Source of the DNA: Phoronis australis
Taxonomy: Eukaryota > Animalia > Phoronida
Assembly: GCA_002633005.1 (NCBI GenBank)
Contig: NMRA01000717.1
Coordinates: forward strand, 22,407-86,406
Length of the DNA: 64,000 nt
Direction: 5' to 3'
Shown: in pieces, positions 53,701 through 64,000 of the stretch
Position numbering within the stretch: the stretch's first letter is position 1
Layout of the letters: every line of letters begins with the position of its first letter
Notes under the pieces: model-generated
Told to the model about the DNA's origin: nothing
Seen by the model: only the letters and a program-made list of their open reading frames with translations
Database searches by the model: none
Program-made: the position numbers and the translations under genes

Positions 53701-56700
53701 TAAATTTCAATCGCAAGATGGATGATTGATACACACCAAAATGTCAATTTTCAATTTCAAATCATATTGAACTAAAAAAACAACTGTTTACGTATTGTAA
53801 TAACTCAACTCGTCACATCGATGTTTTTTGCCTTTTGCTGTCGGCACAGTCGATTTCTTCCCCACACTGCCGCGGCCCCACCCCACACTGTCGCGGCGTC
53901 ACAAATCCCGATATGTCATAATTGTTGTTCCATAACAACAGCGTGGTTAAACGGGATTAATTCCATTCCCACTTTCTAAATGTAATCTAATTCATCTGTA
54001 GACTCGTCTCCGAAACTTCGCTCCCTCCAGACATCTCAACACAATTTCCAAAGCAAAAGATATCCCACAATATGCAAAACCAAGTAAGTGTGTCAGAATA
54101 TAGTCTGACAGTATTTTTAGTTGTATTGTTTTGTTATTCTGTTTGATTGGCATGACCCCTGAGTTAAGTACAGTGATGATGTAATTTGTTTACTCCAAAA
54201 TAGTGTGGAGCTTTCTAGAAGACTGAGGTCAGAACAGTGATGATGTAATTTGTTTACTACAGTATAGTGTGGAACTTTCTAGAAGACTCTAGCACGACAG
54301 TGATTAATGCAGTCTGGAATGTTCTAGAGACTAGTACATGTTTGTAGAATGATTGGGTAGGTTCCAGAAAGTTCTGGTATGTGCTTGAATTGATGAAAAG
54401 TTCTAGAACAATGCATTCGGCTATAAATACACAAGCACGGGTTTGTGTTAATCAGATCACGTCAGTTCAAGAGAAGATCAAGTTGGGAGATCAAGCCAGT
54501 TCAAGAAAGTTTATCAGGAGAACTACAGTTGAGTTGCAGTGAAGAGAATCAGCAGTTACAGCGATAGTCAATAGAGAGCCAGCTTTAGAGACAGCAGGTT
54601 ATTGAATCAACGAGTGTAACAGTTGCTGGAAGTATCTCAAAAGTTCAACACAAGTCAAGGCTTTGCAGCACTGGCTGGAGCATAAACAGACATTACGTCG
54701 GACGGTTTGTTTGAGTAGGCTTGTAAACGTACGGTCGGGATTAATAAAGGATTAACTCGAACCAATCTTCAGACAATCTTCGCACCGAAAGCTATTAGCA
54801 TCGGTCTGTAACAACCTGCGCCCACCCACACAAGGGGAAAAACGTGACAAAGTGGATTTCTCATTGGCCATGCAGTCCTTCACAAAAAACTTGACTAATC
54901 ACAAAAGGGAAATTTCGTATGCAAATTCCATTGTACACTGGTACTCAGGATACGTCTTATTGGCCGAATCTTGTGTTCTCCACAATTTCCGTCACTTTCC
55001 AGTACTTCCTGTCTCGATCTTCGCTGATGTGGCGCTTCAAAACACTGACGATATTTATTATAAACTTTAAACTGATTTTTTGAAGAGAAATAAATGCTCA
55101 AAATCCATAACATTTAAAAATCCGTTACATTTGAAAATGTTATGATTTTTAGGCCTTAAAAGTATGTAAGATAAATCCATTACAGTTGGCAGCACTGCAG
55201 ATGCCATCTCTAACACATGATGGTTTGAAGTTACAGTAAAATTGCGCAGATTTAGGACACACACGGCATAGACATGGAATTTCATATTAAAGTACCAACT
55301 TTTCATATAAGACAAGTCAATTAGAATCGAATGAATGCTTAATCATTTTAAGTTTTATTTTATGCTCGATTTGGCGGCCTGCAGGTCACCAATGCAACCT
55401 CAGATTATATTTGGCGACTTGGGATGAAAGTGAGTAAGAAAGTCAGACAAAAATTCCTTCAATTCCATCATTTAAAAGTTTGTGTTGACTTCCAAACTTT
55501 AAATTACTAACAGTTTTCATAGATTAATTATCTTTGGTTCACAATTGTTCCGTTTATTTTGTGAAATCAGTGCATTTGGTTGGTGACCTTGAATTTTCGC
55601 CAAGTCGCCAGTCGTGATATGTGACTTGGCATCAAGCTAAGTGTTGAGCGCTGCATGACCACCATTAGACAATATTTTTGAGAATCTACAGGCATTCAGA
55701 AAGAAACTTTTTGAAAAAGAAATATGAATTTTGGTAATTATTTTACCCAAGTTATGTAAGACTTTATCCGGCACAGCCAAACTTCCAGTCAGATTTTTCT
55801 AGGATTAAACGTGACATTAGTTGATACCTACCAGGTGAACCATAGCAAAAGAGTAGTAGTTCTGTATTCTGCTGTGAAAAGATCTTTGATTCTTCCATGT
55901 CCCGCACTCTAAAACAAAAACAACCACACAAAGTTGGTCATCATTTTAACGCCATTCTGGATCATGTCGGAGACAACAAATGGAAAAAATTGTTCAATTT
56001 AGGACATATTTTGCAATATGGCAAATAAATTGCTTTTCATTCAGTTAATTTTCTCAACGAAGGTAAATAAAAACGGCATATGCATTTGTATCAAAGGTTA
56101 TAGAATCGAGATTCGAGATGTGCAAAATTTAAATATTTGAATGAACATGATTTAGGCCACAGATTATTCTCAAGAGATAAAGGATATCATGCCGTGTTCT
56201 TAGCAAGGTTTAGCTGTCACCAAACGGCATTAGGTAAAATTTCATCAACTTTTTTTGATGCGACATTACATTAGCCTCAGAAAATTTGAAAATGTGAGAA
56301 AATCGTCTAAAAATAAATGTCATAAATTCAGTCAACTGTTGGTTAATTTCATTTTAACCTGCTTAACTCATTTGCCGACTGCTACTAGAAGATAGCTGAC
56401 TGCATGTGTTGATATCTGAGGTCTCCGGACATCTGTTAGTTTCACTGAGAAACATTTTGCATATCAGAAACCATATTACATAGTTTGCCACTCAATGGCT
56501 CTAGAAGAGGAAAAATACGCGGATGAGTATGCATTGCAAATTACACTCCAAAATGTTAACTCACACTACAGACATCATTGACTAATCTCCCCTGTGGCAT
56601 AGGCTTCTTGTTCTCCAAGGCGATCCTCTCGATGGTTTTCATGGCTCTATCTGTACGGCCTTGTGACACATCATACCTGACACTCTCAGGCAACCACTGA

Positions 56701-59700
56701 AAAGAACAGTATATGACACATGCAACATGGGCGATGTCAGGACAGGTCAAATTTGACAGACGGAAACAACTTTACAAAACTTCATAGATATGTCACATCT
56801 TGAATTAAACTCTGTTTTTGCAGAAGTAGCCAAGGGGCAAAATCTCGTCAATTAATTTTTAAATAATGACAAATTTTGTATTTTCCAATTTTCAAATTAA
56901 AGCCAATTTTTTTTTTGTGAATGCCCACAATTTCTCAAAGTTGTCAGATGGTTGCTATAGTATAGAACTTAAAATAAAACATTTTTGGTACTCCTCATCT
57001 TACATGAAAAAACTATTAAGAACAAAATTCCACTGTTGATCCATATGTCCTATGTTGGTGAGACTTTATTACTAAAGTTTAAACTGCAATATACAACTGA
57101 TCACGGCAAAAAGAGTAATACGGCCATGTCCTAATTAGTACAGGAATGTGTAAATCACAATCTTATGAGTATTAGAGCAATAGTCATGACTAGAGCCGTA
57201 ATCTTCTTGGTCATGACTATAACGTTAGTAATATGACTAGAGCTGTAGACTTTTTAGTCATGACTAGAATGTTAGTCATGACTAGTGCTGTAGGCTTTTT
57301 AACCATGGCTAAAGCTGCAGGTTCTTTAGTCACGACTAAATTGTTAGTTATGACTAGAGGTGCAACCTTGACTAGAACATTAGTCATGATTATAATAGTG
57401 CTATAGGCTTTTCTGTCATGACTAAAACATTAGTTATGACAATTAGAACTGAAATGACTAAACCTATTCAACTATATCATGGAAAATCCCCAACTTGACT
57501 AATGACTAAACCTATTCAACTATATCATGGAAAATCCCCAACTTGACTAATGACTAAACCTATTCAACTACATCATGGAAAATCCCCAACTTGACTAATG
57601 ACTAAACCTATTCAACTATATCATGGAAAATCCCCAACTTGACTAATGACTAAACCTAATCAACTATATCATGGAAAATCCCCAACTTGACTAATGACTA
57701 AACCTATTCAACTATATCATGGAAAATCCCTGTTGTGTATTGGCAATGCTACTTGTGGTTTTCCTTAGAATATAGTCACGTGGTATTTATGCCCACAAGC
57801 CACGTGCTCATCCCTTCTTGTATTAGTTCTCCAAGTGAATAGACGTATTATATTTGACTCTCATCTGTGTTGTTTTACTGGTTCTACGAACACAACAATC
57901 CCCAACTTGACTAATGACTAAACCTGTTCATAAATAAATAATTGCAGGCGGTCTGATACACGCTAGAAACCTGGCTCAAGGGTGACCTGGTGGGACTTGA
58001 ACCCACGACCTCGAGTAAAGAAAGTGGGCACTTATCAACCAGGCCACACTGCCTCCTCTAAACCTATTCAACTATATCATGGAAAATCCCCAACTTGACT
58101 AATGCGGTACTTCAATGTGACTATAATACATCACTGATATTTGACTCAAATATAAACCTGGGCCCGGTCTCTAATCTTTGTACTCGAAACGAACTCGAAA
58201 CTATTTTTGGCAATTTCTCTGCTCCTTTTGTGCGAACTTAAGATAATATTGGTTATCAGACTGTGCTCGAATACATTATAGTTTATGCATAGGAGTTTCT
58301 AGTTCAAATTTGCCCTTGAAGACCCTTATATTCGTGCTACAAACTCGAGTAAAAACTCGAACTTATTGCTTTAATATTGGGTTTACAAACTGTGAACTGA
58401 GGGCAATAAATTATCTACGTAAGTTATTGTGTACTCAAGCATAGAATAATAGACACTTATCTTGAGTTCGCCCAAAAGTAGAGTAGAAAATGCCAAACCT
58501 AATTTCGAGTTCCATTTCGAGTAAAAAGATTGGAGACCGGGCCCTGGTGTAAGGGAATTTACTTACTAAGCAGCAAATTATAAAAAGGAGGAGCGGCAAT
58601 GAAGACAATGCCAGAAGCCATCTCCATCCTAGAGTTGGCATGGTGACGAGGGCTAACACCACTTCAAAACATGTGCCCAAAGCCCAGAACAGCTGAAAAC
58701 AACAGGAAAATGGCATGGTGCAAGAATGTATTCTGACCATACAAGCAAGCTGCCCCCAAAACTTTTAGACTTATCAAGACTTTCAATGCAAATATTGCAA
58801 TTTTAAGAGTGGTAAATGAATAATTATTATATAAACATATTTATGACAAAGAAATAATATTGGATACCAATTCTCCAGCAATAAATAAGTTATTATTTGT
58901 AAATATGTTCTCACCAAACTTTCTGACTTTAAAGTTATATAAAGACCTTCATTGATGGCTAACTGAATCAAGTGGTCACTTTAAAGTTAATCCACTTTGA
59001 CGATGGTCACTTACACATGACCTGGACTTTGAGAACAAAGTTTCGTCAACTGAATAACTGGCACGATACCCATGGTTCTCAAAATCTGGGACCCCTGTAA
59101 TTGACTTATGTCCATACCTCAACGAGCAGAATGTATTGAGCCCTGGACCCTGTCGGTAGAAACTCTGCATACAGTATGATTCTGAAACAATTAGATAATA
59201 ATTATATACTAATAAAAGAAAATATACAGTTGCAATTCCTCAATATTTCTAAAAAAATAATATGACTGCAAAAATATTTCAAAGACTGACTTGTGTACCT
59301 ACTAGGCAGTTATCATATAGTTCCAAGTGTTGTTATGTGCATTATGGTGTACGATTGGACATTTTGCAATACTATTCAGTTGTATAACATGTCGTGAACA
59401 CATCCACTAAAACAAGAAACTGTAGGAACACCGCATTTATCCACCTTCACTCTTATCAGGCTTCTATTGTGAGTCAGCATGCGTGAATAATTGGCTGATA
59501 AGCCACCTCTGGAACTACTTTGGGCTGAATGGATGACCAGGCCATAAAATGATAATTAGCCAAGACCAGTTACTATAATGCAACAAAGAACAAGTAATAA
59601 TGTCTTGCATCACCTAGCCTTGGTGGAAAGCTGTATACTGTATTGGCTCAAACAAACGCTTAGAAAAATTCATTTCACNTCAAAATCTGGGACCCCTGTA

Positions 59701-62700
59701 ATTGACTTATGTCCATACCTCAACGAGCAGAATGTATTGAGCCCTGGACCCTGTCGGTAGAAACTCTGCATACAGTATGATTCTGAAACAATTAGATAAT
59801 AATTATATACTAATAAAAGAAAATATACAGCTGCAATTCCTCAATATTTCTAAAAAAATAATATGACTGCAAAAATATTTCAAAGACTGACTTGTGTACC
59901 TACTAGGCAGTTATCATATAGTTCCAAGTGTTGTTATGCGCATTATGGTGTACGATTGGACATTTTGCAATATTCAGTTGTATAAGATATAGAGACTGAA
60001 TCAATACATGTACATACAGGCACGTTATGTGAGCCGTTATCATTCTAAGATTCTTAAATTTCAATTCATTAGACCTGTATACCAGTACCAGTACCATCAA
60101 TGAGTTCTTTGGACACCTAAGATTTGAAGATTTTTCAGCAAATTTGCGGATTTTCGTGTATACACCAAACATTGAAAATTCAAACTTTTCACCATGTTAG
60201 CATATTGAAACTTTGTTCAGTTGGTACATTTCCTAGTTACTTACTTTTGAAACAGTTTTTAAAATAAAGGTTGTGATTTGGTCACCAATTTTCAGAATTA
60301 AGGTGTTTAGTTTAGTTGAAAAGATCCAGTTAATCCATATAGAAAGGTTCTTTACTGAACTTAAAAATAATTAGGTTAATACATGCCACAATGGTAATAA
60401 ATACTGTGAATTGTAATAAGTTGTATACGCAACAAACAATTCCTTAAATGCTCCAAAAGTTCATTTCTTACACTAAAAACACCATCTACAAAAAGTGCTC
60501 ATGAGTCTACACTGGACAATGTTCGCACCAAATGCCATGTTCTTAACCATTTGCAAAAATTTGGAATAATTACTCATTGCAAGAGTCTGTAAACACGAGT
60601 CAAATAACTGATTCAGAAAATATTTAAAAAATAAATGAGGTGTGTCTATATATCTGAAGCAACAATTTCAACCAGGTTCACAGTTTTGCTGAAATGGTTT
60701 GAACACCAGTGCATATGTCTCTATTATGCTAGATACAGGCGCAGATTCGAATATACGCCGGCAAGGGCTTAAATGCCCATAATACACATCGATATTTAGT
60801 TAATTATATCAATAAAACAAAAGAAACATGATTTCTTCGCACTTCAGCCACCAAAGTGTAAACCAAAGTTCAGCTGACGGGTAAAACAATCTACTTCTGT
60901 AGTATAAAATAATATTTTCATAGTATGAACTTGAACTGACTTACGACTGGGGTGCTCCACCAATACCAAAGCCCGTAAGACCTCGCAAAACCAACATCCA
61001 AATAAGTGTGGGTGAAAATGCACTAAGCAGGCCAAAATAGCACGTAACAAATGAGCAAGTAATGAGCTCCTGTAAAATGGAATGAAATGAATTTAAAATA
61101 TGCCTGCATGGTGATTGATTAATCTAACAAATAAAATTAAAGAATAACAACATGTTCTGATAATGGACTGTACATCCAACATGATCCCCCAAATCTCAAT
61201 GAAACAGAACACTTGCTATCTAGTGCTCAGACGAAAAACTTCAATTAATAGAAAAAAATCGATGAACTAATAAGCTAAAAACTGCAAAGTCGTTACGATT
61301 GAAGATAAACAACTGTGCTTATTATATGCATGGAGGATTTACAAATGGTGATCATAATTAACAATACCACATGGATTATTCTTTTAGTATACAAATAAGC
61401 TACATTACAACAAATGGAAACAAAACACGGTGACCATATTAAATGTCAAATGCTTTTAAGACATCACTTATCTTCCAGTGCATGTTGAACTATTTTATTC
61501 GAGGAGTAGTACGCTAACCGGAAAACTGACATTTGCGAAAATGCCCCAATATTGACCATAATCAGTTGGTGATGGAGCACGTGTAAATTAGACTTAAGCT
61601 TTAAAGTCAATGAGAAAATACAAGCAGTTAAGATAACAATGAACCCGTCCTCACGCCCAGCAAGACAAAAACAAGTAGACTGGGGTATTAAAAATATAAT
61701 AACGAAAACCGGTATGAGACATGCTTGGTAGTAGCGGGTTCAGATGGAGAAAGGGAGGACAAAGGTAACTAGGGCAATATTGCTCTCCCGCACCCCAAAT
61801 CGTGACCTAATATGCCACTGATTTATTTCGTCTTATGTATATTTAGCTTGTTCTTACCTGTTTTTATGTACCGACATCACCTGCTATGTTCGTGGTCAGG
61901 GTTTGAGTTGCTACCAGTGTGCCTGATTGGCCAGATAGCAAATATTGACATTTGACCTCTGGGCACCATGAATGGGTGTGCCATTAAATTGGTCAGTTAC
62001 ACAATATTGAAAGTTATCGTACCACATTTCAGCCAATCAGAGAACAGAAATATCAGTGGTGATCACCAGTTTCAAAGATCTCGACAAAGCAAGCTGTGGG
62101 GAGAGAAAAGCTATAAGCACTCGGCTGACTGAATAGAAGGACGCGGGTCGACAAACAATTTGGTTTTGTAATGTGAGAGAAATTCAGCAGGATAATGCTC
62201 ACTTTATCCACAACATCCCACATGAACATAGCAGTGGAGATTTTCACAAGCATTTACATCTGTCAGCTATTAGCAAATGAAAATTATTTGAAATTGAGCA
62301 TTTTTTGTGAAAAAAGCCTTTTCCATAAACATGAAGGGCACTGTACTGTGCTTAAATTAGATCAATAGAAAACCAGGACAGAGTGACAATGAGAAATCAA
62401 GTTATGAAAGAGTGAGAAGCAGAAGCAGGCGTGCACGAAAAGAGCAATAATTTTAGTCAGTCCTTACAGCAGGGTCACGACATTACCATCATTATCACCA
62501 GGGAGTTGATTTGGGCACTGCTGAAATGGCCAATAAAAGGCAATCAAGCTCTGTGCGGCCAAAACACAACACAGCATCAAGGACTGTATTGGAATCATGG
62601 GATACGGGTTTTGGGCCAAAACTGTTTTTTGGGGTTTTGTCCAGAGGACTTTTCAATTAAAATGATGCTTTAAACAACTTACAATTAATAATTTGTGCAT

Positions 62701-63123
62701 CCCCAACTTTTCACCTTTCTTTCAATCAAATATTATTTGGTTGTTTCACACATTCCAACATGTCATGCTTAAAAACAACAACAACAGCCAAATGCCAATT
62801 TCAGACAGAATATTAAATTATACTTAGTCTAGCCAAAATTGCCATATTTTATCATCCAATGGTTTCAGTCACTGTCGTGACTGACAACAATTTCTCAAAA
62901 ATATTCACAAATTGAAAATGGTGAAACATAAATATAATAATTCTGAATTTTCATCTGACCAGATCCGTCATACACCAGATACAAAAGATCTCCGAACTTA
63001 CTGTTTTGGTCTCTTCACCTCTATCTAAATGTAGACAGAAATTATACTCACAACTTTACGTCCAAACTGGTCAGAGAATACTCCCCAGATACTTGAACTC
63101 AACATCATTCCTACAAACACAAC
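47662..63123 (-). CDS. SVOP: SVOP-like MFS transporter, paralogue B (multi-exon span; exons 1-3 lie right of the window)
   Basis: Join of 63052-63123, 60945-61069, 59719-59782, 58567-58692, 56565-56696, 55832-55908, 53301-53383, 51824-51925, 50812-50923, 49588-49669, 48101-48190, 47662-47781 is open and ends [12 protein letters not shown]. Exon sizes equal those of paralogue A. Confidence 0.93.
48101..48190 (-). CDS. SVOP: Paralogue B exon 14 ([30 protein letters not shown]); second copy at 44447-44536
   Basis: atccag| ... |gtgaat, 90 nt. Confidence 0.92.
48545..48740 (+). pseudogene. Degenerate THAP zinc-finger-like fragment (transposon relic) in an intron of paralogue B
   Basis: [12 protein letters not shown]...LFTFPWD, then a frameshifted [10 protein letters not shown] and HVCGA. 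Confidence 0.4.
48752..48992. mobile_element. Short TIR element
   Basis: catgcgcacacccag ... ctggatgcacgcatg. Confidence 0.55.
49588..49669 (-). CDS. SVOP: Paralogue B exon 13 ([27 protein letters not shown])
   Basis: tttcag| ... |gtacag, 82 nt. Confidence 0.93.
50812..50923 (-). CDS. SVOP: Paralogue B exon 12 ([38 protein letters not shown])
   Basis: tttcag| ... |gtgagt, 112 nt. Confidence 0.92.
51824..51925 (-). CDS. SVOP: Paralogue B exon 11 ([33 protein letters not shown])
   Basis: cttcag| ... |gtatta, 102 nt. Confidence 0.92.
52150..53030 (+). mobile_element. Degenerate second copy of the HINE/pearl-like family
   Basis: Shares ccactaggtggcgc cores and the 3' end acatataaatatgtgggcacat with 19886-21605. 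Left boundary approximate. Confidence 0.65.
53301..53383 (-). CDS. SVOP: Paralogue B exon 10 ([27 protein letters not shown])
   Basis: ttgtag| ... |gtaagt, 83 nt. Confidence 0.92.
53599..55197. mobile_element. Non-autonomous TIR element hosting the solo LTR
   Basis: cagggctgccaac ... gttggcagcactg, 12/13 match. No clear TSD. Confidence 0.5.
54091..54849 (+). mobile_element. Solo LTR, 759 bp
   Basis: TGTCA...TGACA termini, perfect 5-bp TSD aagtg, TATAAATA at 54422 and AATAAA at 54743. Confidence 0.88.
55832..55908 (-). CDS. SVOP: Paralogue B exon 9 ([26 protein letters not shown])
   Basis: ttttag| ... |gtaggt, 77 nt. Confidence 0.92.
56565..56696 (-). CDS. SVOP: Paralogue B exon 8 ([44 protein letters not shown])
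   Basis: tttcag| ... |gtgagt, 132 nt. Confidence 0.93.
57180..57440. repeat. Degenerate tandem repeat built on the palindrome tagtcatgacta
   Basis: Many recurrences of agtcatgacta variants. Confidence 0.7.
57731..57897. mobile_element. 167-bp solo-LTR/TRIM-like insertion
   Basis: tgttgtgt ... acacaaca termini and 5-bp TSD atccc. Confidence 0.8.
57931..58057 (-). mobile_element. Internally deleted tRNA-derived SINE with TSD
   Basis: Head ggcagtgtggcctggttgataag...ggttcaagtcc, flanked by taaacct(g/a)ttca. Confidence 0.75.
58161..58543. mobile_element. PIF/Harbinger-like MITE
   Basis: TIR of about 40 bp, ggcccggtctctaatctttgtactcgaaa ... tttcgagtaaaaagattggagaccgggcc, with 3-bp TSD ctg. Confidence 0.8.
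58567..58692 (-). CDS. SVOP: Paralogue B exon 7 ([42 protein letters not shown])
   Basis: tttcag| ... |gtaagt, 126 nt. Confidence 0.93.
59118..59181 (-). CDS. SVOP: Duplicate (probably allelic) copy of paralogue B exon 6
   Basis: Identical, offset 601, across N59679. Confidence 0.7.
59719..59782 (-). CDS. SVOP: Paralogue B exon 6 ([21 protein letters not shown])
   Basis: tttcag| ... |gtatgg, 64 nt. Confidence 0.9.
60945..61069 (-). CDS. SVOP: Paralogue B exon 5 ([42 protein letters not shown])
   Basis: ttacag| ... |gtaagt, 125 nt. Confidence 0.93.
63052..63123 (-). CDS. SVOP: Paralogue B exon 4 ([24 protein letters not shown])
   Basis: ttgcag| ... |gtgagt, 72 nt. Confidence 0.93.
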
Positions 63124-64000
63124 CTGCAAATTAATAGTATTTTGTTTAGAGGCAATTTCAAATATTTACCTATGACAATAATCACACGGGTCTGCAGGAT
63201 TACAGAATAACATAAAGTGCAGGTTGTGAAAACAATTACTGCCCAGAAGTATGGTTAATAATAATACAGGTATATTAACTGGTTTAATGATACAGGTGCT
63301 AAAGCAAACAGTTAAAGACAGTAACGAGGGTGGCATCTTTGGACAATCACAGAAACTAACAAAGGAATAAACGAATAAGAGTACAGATAAGGCCAAAAAA
63401 GCATAATTTAGCGTATTTTTGAAATCGAGTGGTCTTTTTAGCAACGTACTTTTTGAATAAGAAAATCCATCTGAGACAAGTAAAAATGATACAGGATGGT
63501 TTTTAATCACAGCTTAGCAAATCACGTCATGTCAAACCTAGCTTCAATCTGCCTTTTGTGTAAACTTTGGCCGAAACTTATGCAGGCAGGCGTTTTTTTT
63601 AGTCAGTGAGTAAGGATGTCAAAATGAGTTTGGGTAAAGACCACAACCAAATGCTTTTTTGGCCTAAAAAGATTAAAAGGGAATATTTTTACAATTGAAG
63701 AAGATAACTGAGACCTCAGCTGTGTTTCGTGTCCAGTGCTGGCTTTTAAAAGTTTATGACCAGGGCTACTACACCTTACTGGATGACTTTTATCTGTTGG
63801 CTGGTATGTCGCTATTACAGATATAGCACATCATGACGAGAATCCTACAAGGACACCCAAACAGGTTGACCTTGGGCAACTTGACCCGGTTTATTGTACC
63901 TAATGGAATCTGATGGCGCTGATCAAAGGGACCATGCTGTTGTAGTTAATTACATGGCCTCAGGCTGCTGATGTTATCCTTCCCTAGGGGGGGGGGGGGG

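Larger units (their letters stand above)
57453..58104. repeat. 48-bp minisatellite interrupted by two insertions
   Basis: aatgactaaacctattcaactatatcatggaaaatccccaacttgact at 57453, 57501, 57549, 57597, 57645 and 57693, resuming after each insert. Confidence 0.93.
59079..59985. repeat. Direct duplication (59079-59385 and 59680-59985) across N59679
   Basis: The right copy starts at the N. Confidence 0.85.

Noticed and set aside
57453-57730. Regular direct repeats as a CRISPR array (also 17768-18060, 19221-19520, 2106-2255)
   Set aside because: The units are head-to-tail with no unique spacers, there are no cas genes, and the context is a eukaryotic intron. These are minisatellites.

Overview
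This is eukaryotic (animal) genomic DNA, AT-rich and intron-rich, not prokaryotic. The supplied ORF track is mostly noise or exon read-throughs. Reading the minus strand by hand gives two tandem, same-orientation paralogues of an MFS transporter matching SVOP (synaptic vesicle 2-related protein). Paralogue A has 14 coding exons from ATG 31589 down to 2922/1936, and its 3' end runs off the left edge. Paralogue B has exons equivalent to 4-15 (63123 down to the stop at 47662) plus a probable orphaned exon 16, and its 5' end runs off the right edge. Exon sizes and phases are identical between the paralogues and all junctions are GT-AG. Seven of the eight single-N scaffold joins are flanked by 0.3-3 kb near-identical duplications, best read as uncollapsed haplotype overlaps, which explains the apparent duplicated exons. 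The introns hold MITEs, tRNA-derived SINEs, two solo LTRs with TSDs, HINE/pearl-like elements and minisatellites. The most notable observations are: (1) a 7x19-bp array of splice acceptors whose expansion keeps the reading frame; (2) an apparent GT>CT donor loss that truncates paralogue B; (3) a 99-nt hairpin 11 nt into intron 1; (4) a repeat carrying about 10 phased CTCF-like motifs. No CRISPR array, RNA gene or clearly novel multi-gene system is supported. Protein family calls come from remembered SVOP sequence, not from a database search.
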